Of a DNA stretch of 20,000 bases, positions 14,803 through 20,000 are shown piece after piece. Source of the DNA: an uncultured virus (IMG/VR IMGVR_UViG_3300044716_000940) (taxonomy: Duplodnaviria; Heunggongvirae; Uroviricota; Caudoviricetes); IMG/VR virus record IMGVR_UViG_3300044716_000940; one strand, 5' to 3'. Every line of letters starts with the position of its first letter. Position 1 is the stretch's first letter. A program made the position numbers and the translations under genes. Under the pieces are notes generated by a model. That model ran no database searches and was not told the origin of the DNA. It was given only the letters and a program-made list of their open reading frames with translations.

Positions 14803-17800
14803 TTAAATAGATTCAATACGCTCACGGCCTTGGCCACGAACAACTACGTCAACTTGCCCAGCACTTGTAGCTGCGGTCATAATATCAAACAGCTCAACAT
14901 CAAAGCTTAAGCGAGTTTTATTATAGACTTTAGCGGTCAAAGGCTTCTCATCACCATCAATTGAGATAGCTACGGCAATGTCATCAAACATAAATGGAGG
15001 ATCCATATAGATTGTCGAAATGCCTAATGGTAACTCGATATTATTCTTAGACCATGTGCGATCCATTGCGTCGATAATAACTGAGCCATCGGTCACAACG
15101 ACTTTTACATTAGGATCGTAAGACACCGCGATGAGGCGCATTTGAACGAGCTTAGACGTAACGTCACCAACCATCATGCGACGCCAATCAGACCACTCAT
15201 TGCCGCCTGTGCCGATCATGTCGGGTTGCGCTGCCAAAGTATCCCATTTAGATATAGTGTTTAGTGTGCCAGTGCCGCGCACTTCTAACCAACAATCCCA
15301 CTTTTCTGTAGGCGCAGCTTCGCCGCTCTCATATTCGCCATGAGCCTGTATCTTTGAAGAAATCCTTACCTCATAAATATCGTTGAAGTCGATAATCTCG
15401 TCATAGACATACATACTTTGAGAGGCCACACTTCCCCATTCACCGCTGCTAACAAGATCTCCGATACCGCCACCAACCTCATCCATAAAGCCGAGATCAG
15501 ACAGCTTATACCACTCACTCATTGGTTTATTTCTAGCGACAGCTCGAACGTCAAAGTTCGTTTTATCACCAGGCCAAAGAATCAATCTATCATCGATATC
15601 TTGAACGATCTCAGTGTTAGGAAGTTTTACAACCGTTGTCCTACGCTGCTCGATATTAGAGGCATTGCCTGTGGTATCAACAGCACGAATAAAGTATGTG
15701 CCTGTTCTCGCGCCAACAGATACGGTTGTAGAGTTCCACGGCGCAATGGCCAATGGTTGACTATACTTCCACTCAGGAGCGCGAACATCAGGTGAATATC
15801 TTATTTCATAGTAAGAAAGGTCAGGATCAGTTGACTTAGTCCAAGATAATTGGATAGTCTCTGACTGAACGTTTAGCGTATAATCTTTAATATCTTCTGG
15901 AGGTGTAGAATCTTTTGTCAGCGTAATTGTTACAGATGCTGAGCGGCCTTCTACGCCACCTGCAGTTAATGGCACCACTAAGAAAGTCAATGGCATACCG
16001 ATTAAAGCCGGGTTTCCTAAGAGATCTACTAAATATTGATAATTGAGTGACGATGAGTCACCAAGATATTTAACTGATCTAGAGTTATCAGGCGTTGATA
16101 AATAAATATCTGCTTTAGAATAACCAAAGCCGCCAACAGTCCAGTTCAAATCGATCGTGGCGTATGGACGACGGTCAACATATGTAAAGGATTGTTTAGC
16201 TTCTAGCGTAGCGATGTAGAGTGTCGCTGAGTCGATCAAATCTTGAGAAATCTCAGCGTCCCAAGGAGGAATTGCGCCAGTTTCTGCTTGATAGACTTCA
16301 GGAGAATATTTCACTAATAAAAGTTCGGCTGAAAGGTCGGCACCAGGAGTAATCGCTTGTACAATATACTTCCCAACTACGCGCTCTGTAACTCCTACAA
16401 TAATCAGATCGTCTGACTCTATATCACTCGCATTATCCAGCGTAAGCACGGTGCCGTACTGCTCTGGTTTCGCGGCGGTAATCAATCCTGTACGAATCTC
16501 TCCATCCTGCTTTCTAACTGAGTAACCGTTAGGTTGAGTAGAAAGCGTTTGATCGATAATAACTATATTACCATCTACGCTGACAACTCTCGAAGGCATT
16601 CCACCGATCTTAGCAACGTCACTAGATACATGGACTAAATCGCCACGCTGAACGGCTAAGTTTTCTATATCCATGCTTACAGTGAATTGCTCACTGCGAT
16701 GGACACCTTGCGCCAGCATGTAACGGCCATACCGCCACGCCTGATCAGGATTAGTGATACCAAACGTCTCTAGCGTCTCAAAAGTTGTTGCATTAGTCTC
16801 GTCATAACCGTCGTTATAGACTATACGCTCTTCCTTGACCCAGTTGATTTCTGGAGCATTCTCGTTGTACGTGCCAGAAGGCTCACCGTTAATGAACGTG
16901 ACAAGTAGCGCATGAGGAACGTCAGAGAATGTCCTACTTCCTTTGAAACCCCAAGAGTTTGCAGGAGTAATCAACTGACGAGGAGTTGTACGCTCTTCAT
17001 CAAGAAGAATTCCATATTTACCGCTGGTCGTAAAGAGCATCGCTCCGTGACCAGTAGATAATACTGCAGCCAATAACTCAGATACAGTTGTCTTATAGTC
17101 TACTACGAAGTTGGCAAAATATTTCTTGTCTTGGCAAAACTTGGCAAACTTTATGAAGCTTGGCCAATCGATTAATTCATCCTTAATAGGCTTACGATTG
17201 CCTTCACCAGTTAGAATATCTAAAGCGATCCACGCCGGATTGCTTGTAGCCTCAGTGATAAAGTTTACACCATCCTGCGTTGTGCGCAAGATAGACTGTG
17301 CAATACCATTTAGAGTTTGGACAGTGCCTGATAACTTTTCAGACGCATTAACACGCATCTCAAGCATCGTATGTTTCTTATTGAGATTGACAACAGATCC
17401 ATCCTTGTAGGATTTCATCATTGTAACTACCATCTCTTCAGCTACACGTGTGCTTGTATTATCTCCACTACCTTTAATAATTCTAAATTCAAATTCACCT
17501 ACATCAGGAGGTACAATCGAAACTACAGCAACAAAGCGCCCTTGCTGCGCTCCTGATAGACCGATGCGTTGATTAGGATCTCCTGTCCAAACCTTATCTC
17601 CAAATAGTTTATTTGGCATGCCTTTCCAAGATTTTCCACTGAAAAATACTTCTTCTGGTGGAATTTCTGGATCAATTGGAGGAGGATCTTGCTGTTCCCA
17701 AGAGTTAATACCTCTAAAGTTAGCAGCAGGCACGTCACGCCATATCGTTTCACCTACTAATCGATACTGCGCGTTCACGTATATACTATGGGTTGTAGGA

Positions 17801-18756
17801 TTACCTTGATCGTTGAAATAGCATAGACCACGAGGGAATGTAATATCGACGTCAAACGCGGTTGTCGCCTGTTTAGTGCGAACAATTAACTCTGAACCAC
17901 TCTTCAATTCATAACTATATTGGTCGTAGCCGACGCGTCTCGTAAGGAACGTGGTATTCGTCACATAGCTATCATGGTGCCAGATTAATTCAGGACTAAA
18001 GGTGCTAGCAAGCGTATCACCAATTTTTAAATCTGTAACAGTTACATCGCCTAGACCGAAATCATACAAAGCTGAGACTGAAGACTGTGTGCCTTGATTT
18101 GTGACCAATGGATTGGCGGCCAACTGCGGAAACACCTTATGTCTACCGTAAATTTTGGCAACTGGTCCATACTTACGCATGCCGTTTGATTGGCCACCTA
18201 AGCTATACGTAGGTGATGAGGTAGAGCCCATTCCAGAGGAGCCACCATTATCGGTGTTTGTCTTTGGAGGTGGAATCAAGGCGGTGATCGCGAGTGTCGC
18301 AACCATCGATACGCCAGCCACGAATACCATACCCATAGTGGTCATAGTCGCGGTAACCATACCACCGGCACCAATTGTAGCGGTACTTAGGCCCATCGCG
18401 GCACCTGCGGCGCCACCTGTAAAGACTACTGCTGCAACGACTACAGCAATAATCAAGACAGATGCTAGGATTCCTTTGCCGCCACCGCCACCGCCACCGC
18501 CTTGCGGAATAAGTGCTAGTAAGACGTTATCTTCTTCACGAATCCAGAAGTTTTCAGGCTCTTCAATCTTCATGCCATGGTTAAATAGAGTCACATAGCC
18601 GCGCAACTCTTCTTTAACGGCGCGGTTGATAAACTCTCGCGCATTCTCACCATCTCGAGCGACTACTGCAAGCTCTTGTGGGCCACTTGGCGTCAACAAG
18701 CGTGTCAACCGTTTCTTTTGCGTCAGCGGCGCATCTAATACTTCTAACTCATCCAT
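14803..18756 (-). CDS. Tail tip / central tail fibre protein (lambda gpJ-like) with gpI-like N-terminus
   Basis: 1317 aa; poly-Gly plus hydrophobic segment; GPVAKIYGRHKVFP, TSNPAWIALDIL, GITNPDQAWRYGRY, QRGDLVHV; FN3-like domain QLSWTK...YYEIRY...YFIRAVDTTGNAS. Confidence 0.9.
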   Translation of the reverse strand: MDELEVLDAPLTQKKRLTRLLTPSGPQELAVVARDGENAREFINRAVKEELRGYVTLFNHGMKIEEPENFWIREEDNVLLALIPQGGGGGGGGKGILASVLIIAVVVAAVVFTGGAAGAAMGLSTATIGAGGMVTATMTTMGMVFVAGVSMVATLAITALIPPPKTNTDNGGSSGMGSTSSPTYSLGGQSNGMRKYGPVAKIYGRHKVFPQLAANPLVTNQGTQSSVSALYDFGLGDVTVTDLKIGDTLASTFSPELIWHHDSYVTNTTFLTRRVGYDQYSYELKSGSELIVRTKQATTAFDVDITFPRGLCYFNDQGNPTTHSIYVNAQYRLVGETIWRDVPAANFRGINSWEQQDPPPIDPEIPPEEVFFSGKSWKGMPNKLFGDKVWTGDPNQRIGLSGAQQGRFVAVVSIVPPDVGEFEFRIIKGSGDNTSTRVAEEMVVTMMKSYKDGSVVNLNKKHTMLEMRVNASEKLSGTVQTLNGIAQSILRTTQDGVNFITEATSNPAWIALDILTGEGNRKPIKDELIDWPSFIKFAKFCQDKKYFANFVVDYKTTVSELLAAVLSTGHGAMLFTTSGKYGILLDEERTTPRQLITPANSWGFKGSRTFSDVPHALLVTFINGEPSGTYNENAPEINWVKEERIVYNDGYDETNATTFETLETFGITNPDQAWRYGRYMLAQGVHRSEQFTVSMDIENLAVQRGDLVHVSSDVAKIGGMPSRVVSVDGNIVIIDQTLSTQPNGYSVRKQDGEIRTGLITAAKPEQYGTVLTLDNASDIESDDLIIVGVTERVVGKYIVQAITPGADLSAELLLVKYSPEVYQAETGAIPPWDAEISQDLIDSATLYIATLEAKQSFTYVDRRPYATIDLNWTVGGFGYSKADIYLSTPDNSRSVKYLGDSSSLNYQYLVDLLGNPALIGMPLTFLVVPLTAGGVEGRSASVTITLTKDSTPPEDIKDYTLNVQSETIQLSWTKSTDPDLSYYEIRYSPDVRAPEWKYSQPLAIAPWNSTTVSVGARTGTYFIRAVDTTGNASNIEQRRTTVVKLPNTEIVQDIDDRLILWPGDKTNFDVRAVARNKPMSEWYKLSDLGFMDEVGGGIGDLVSSGEWGSVASQSMYVYDEIIDFNDIYEVRISSKIQAHGEYESGEAAPTEKWDCWLEVRGTGTLNTISKWDTLAAQPDMIGTGGNEWSDWRRMMVGDVTSKLVQMRLIAVSYDPNVKVVVTDGSVIIDAMDRTWSKNNIELPLGISTIYMDPPFMFDDIAVAISIDGDEKPLTAKVYNKTRLSFDVELFDIMTAATSAGQVDVVVRGQGRERIESI

Positions 18757-19144
18757 ATCTAAATACTCCTGTTAGACGCGTGCGCCAATTGATGTGAGAC
18801 AAGTCCTCAATACAGGACATGCGACCTTTGAGACTGTGGAGAAACTCCGAACCGTTCAACATAATACCGCAATGAATCTCTTGACCCATAATGCGGAACG
18901 TGACTATGTCACCATGTTGTGGCACTTCGACTTTCGTCCAAGAGGCGCCAAGGCCATGCTGTGCAGACTTAATCGCCAGCTCGGCGACTGCTTCATTATC
19001 TAAACTTGAATACATATATTGTGGCAACTCTTTATGCAAGATTTCGCGAGAATATAAGCGCGCTATGCCGTAGCAGTCCGCCGCCTCATAACTCTCACCA
19101 CCAACCGTATAAGGAATTCCTATGAAACGATTTATCGATACCAT
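18749..19144 (-). CDS. NlpC/P60 tail assembly protein (gpK-like)
   Basis: IGIPY...GG...DCYG, GDIV, HCGI, FLHS (Cys-His-His); typical tail-tip position. Confidence 0.9.
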   Translation of the reverse strand: MVSINRFIGIPYTVGGESYEAADCYGIARLYSREILHKELPQYMYSSLDNEAVAELAIKSAQHGLGASWTKVEVPQHGDIVTFRIMGQEIHCGIMLNGSEFLHSLKGRMSCIEDLSHINWRTRLTGVFRYG

Positions 19145-19668
19145 ATTCTACCTTTGACAAAGCCTTCAGGCTGAGTCTTGCTACGGCGATTGATTGAGCC
19201 ATTATTCCACCAAATCGTGCCTTGCAAAAACTCGCTAACCTTCTGTTTCGCAGCGTCAGTATGTTTTCTACCTTTATTTGTCTTACCACCAATACTTCCA
19301 GCATAAGCCTGATGCTCAGTGGTCCGCAGTGCCGCTAAATGGCCTGACTCAACGTTACGTCTACCTTGAATTTGTGCCTTTAGTTGGCGCAACTTTTTAC
19401 CTTGTAGAGTTTGACCTGACATCATTGCCGCAGCATGGACATCCTTTGGATGCCGAGTAATTTTAGCACGTAAGACATGGATTAGTCGATGCCATCTATA
19501 TGGCAGCCAAACTAAATTCTCTTTAGTGTTATTACCGTTTGCATGGCGAGGAATAATATGGTGATGCTCAAAATCTTCGCCCGGTTTATTCTGTTGGTAA
19601 GGGTGTTTACCATGTAATTCTTGAAAGTGCATAATAATTTTATCATGCCTATTTTGAAGGATGCTCAT
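19132..19668 (-). CDS. Free-standing HNH homing endonuclease with NUMOD3-like motif
   Basis: EHHHIIPRHANGNNTKENLVWLPYRWHRLIH (HNH); NKGRKHTDAAKQKVS (NUMOD3-like); WWNNG...PEGFVKGR; AAGGAG RBS before ATG 19668. Confidence 0.9.
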   Translation of the reverse strand: MSILQNRHDKIIMHFQELHGKHPYQQNKPGEDFEHHHIIPRHANGNNTKENLVWLPYRWHRLIHVLRAKITRHPKDVHAAAMMSGQTLQGKKLRQLKAQIQGRRNVESGHLAALRTTEHQAYAGSIGGKTNKGRKHTDAAKQKVSEFLQGTIWWNNGSINRRSKTQPEGFVKGRIWYR

Positions 19669-19722
19669 CCTAACTCCTTGTAAATAATTTACCATAGCTC
19701 TCTTGTGAAGAGCTACAGTCAA

Positions 19723-20000
19723 TCATCTGAATAATCCGGGAAAATGGACCGGATCGTATGACTCCGCTGGGAAGCCACTTGACATAACATTGGTAACTTC
19801 TAAATCACCTGTAATCGAGTTAGCATCGTAAGTGACGTTCCGCAAAACTAAGAAGTCTAGACGCTTTTCAATAATATCTGGATACGAACTGCTTACTAAG
19901 TCAACGGTTAATACAGGCGGCACAGACTGAGATCTGATCGCGTCAATAATCTCGTTCGATATGTTTGCGATAACCAACTGAATGCGAGGTAATCGCTCAC
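19723..20000 (-). CDS. DUF1833-like minor tail protein (gpL-position; 5' end lies outside the window)
   Basis: Frame open to the window edge; ends FPAESYDPVHFPGLF; located upstream of NlpC/P60 and gpJ. Confidence 0.75.
   Translation of the reverse strand, partial: ERLPRIQLVIANISNEIIDAIRSQSVPPVLTVDLVSSSYPDIIEKRLDFLVLRNVTYDANSITGDLEVTNVMSSGFPAESYDPVHFPGLFR

Noticed and set aside
18478..18501. (CCACCG)n short repeat
   Set aside because: It simply encodes the poly-Gly linker of the tail protein.
15418..19460. Plus-strand ORFs antisense to the tail genes, and similar shadow ORFs elsewhere
   Set aside because: Shadow frames of well-supported genes with no motifs or RBS.
19132..19722. Group I intron around the HNH gene
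   Set aside because: No space for an intron core and no P7-like motifs seen; flanking genes are uninterrupted.
1..20000. CRISPR array or stop-codon reassignment
   Set aside because: No repeat-spacer periodicity was seen; genes are intact under the standard code and the tRNA is not a suppressor.

Overview
Bacteriophage genome segment; the host is plausibly a betaproteobacterium, inferred from the IscU and rubrerythrin sequences. The plus strand (1-13973) carries a T7-like family A DNA polymerase (Tyr762 type), a gp6-like 5'-3' exonuclease, a putative GT-B (T4 beta-glucosyltransferase-like) enzyme, a signal-peptide lytic transglycosylase and a stand-alone proteasome/HslV-type Ntn hydrolase. 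These are followed by a dense iron/oxygen auxiliary island: two 234-aa His-box fatty-acid desaturases, IscU, ErpA/IscA, dCMP deaminase, rubrerythrin plus rubredoxin, a 2OG-Fe(II) oxygenase and a Cys-rich DUF6171-like peptide. Inside the island lies a ~790-nt stretch with no credible ORF, built of tandem stem-closed, partly tRNA-like RNA domains, directly upstream of a tRNA-Trp(CCA). This candidate large ncRNA or ncRNA array is the most unusual element. A second candidate pseudoknotted RNA lies at 3278-3401. The minus strand (14191-20000) is a siphovirus-type tail-tip module (DUF1833-like, NlpC/P60, gpJ-like with a gpI-like N-terminus, small fibre-associated protein) interrupted by a free-standing HNH-NUMOD3 endonuclease. 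All family calls come from motif recognition by eye, not database searches.
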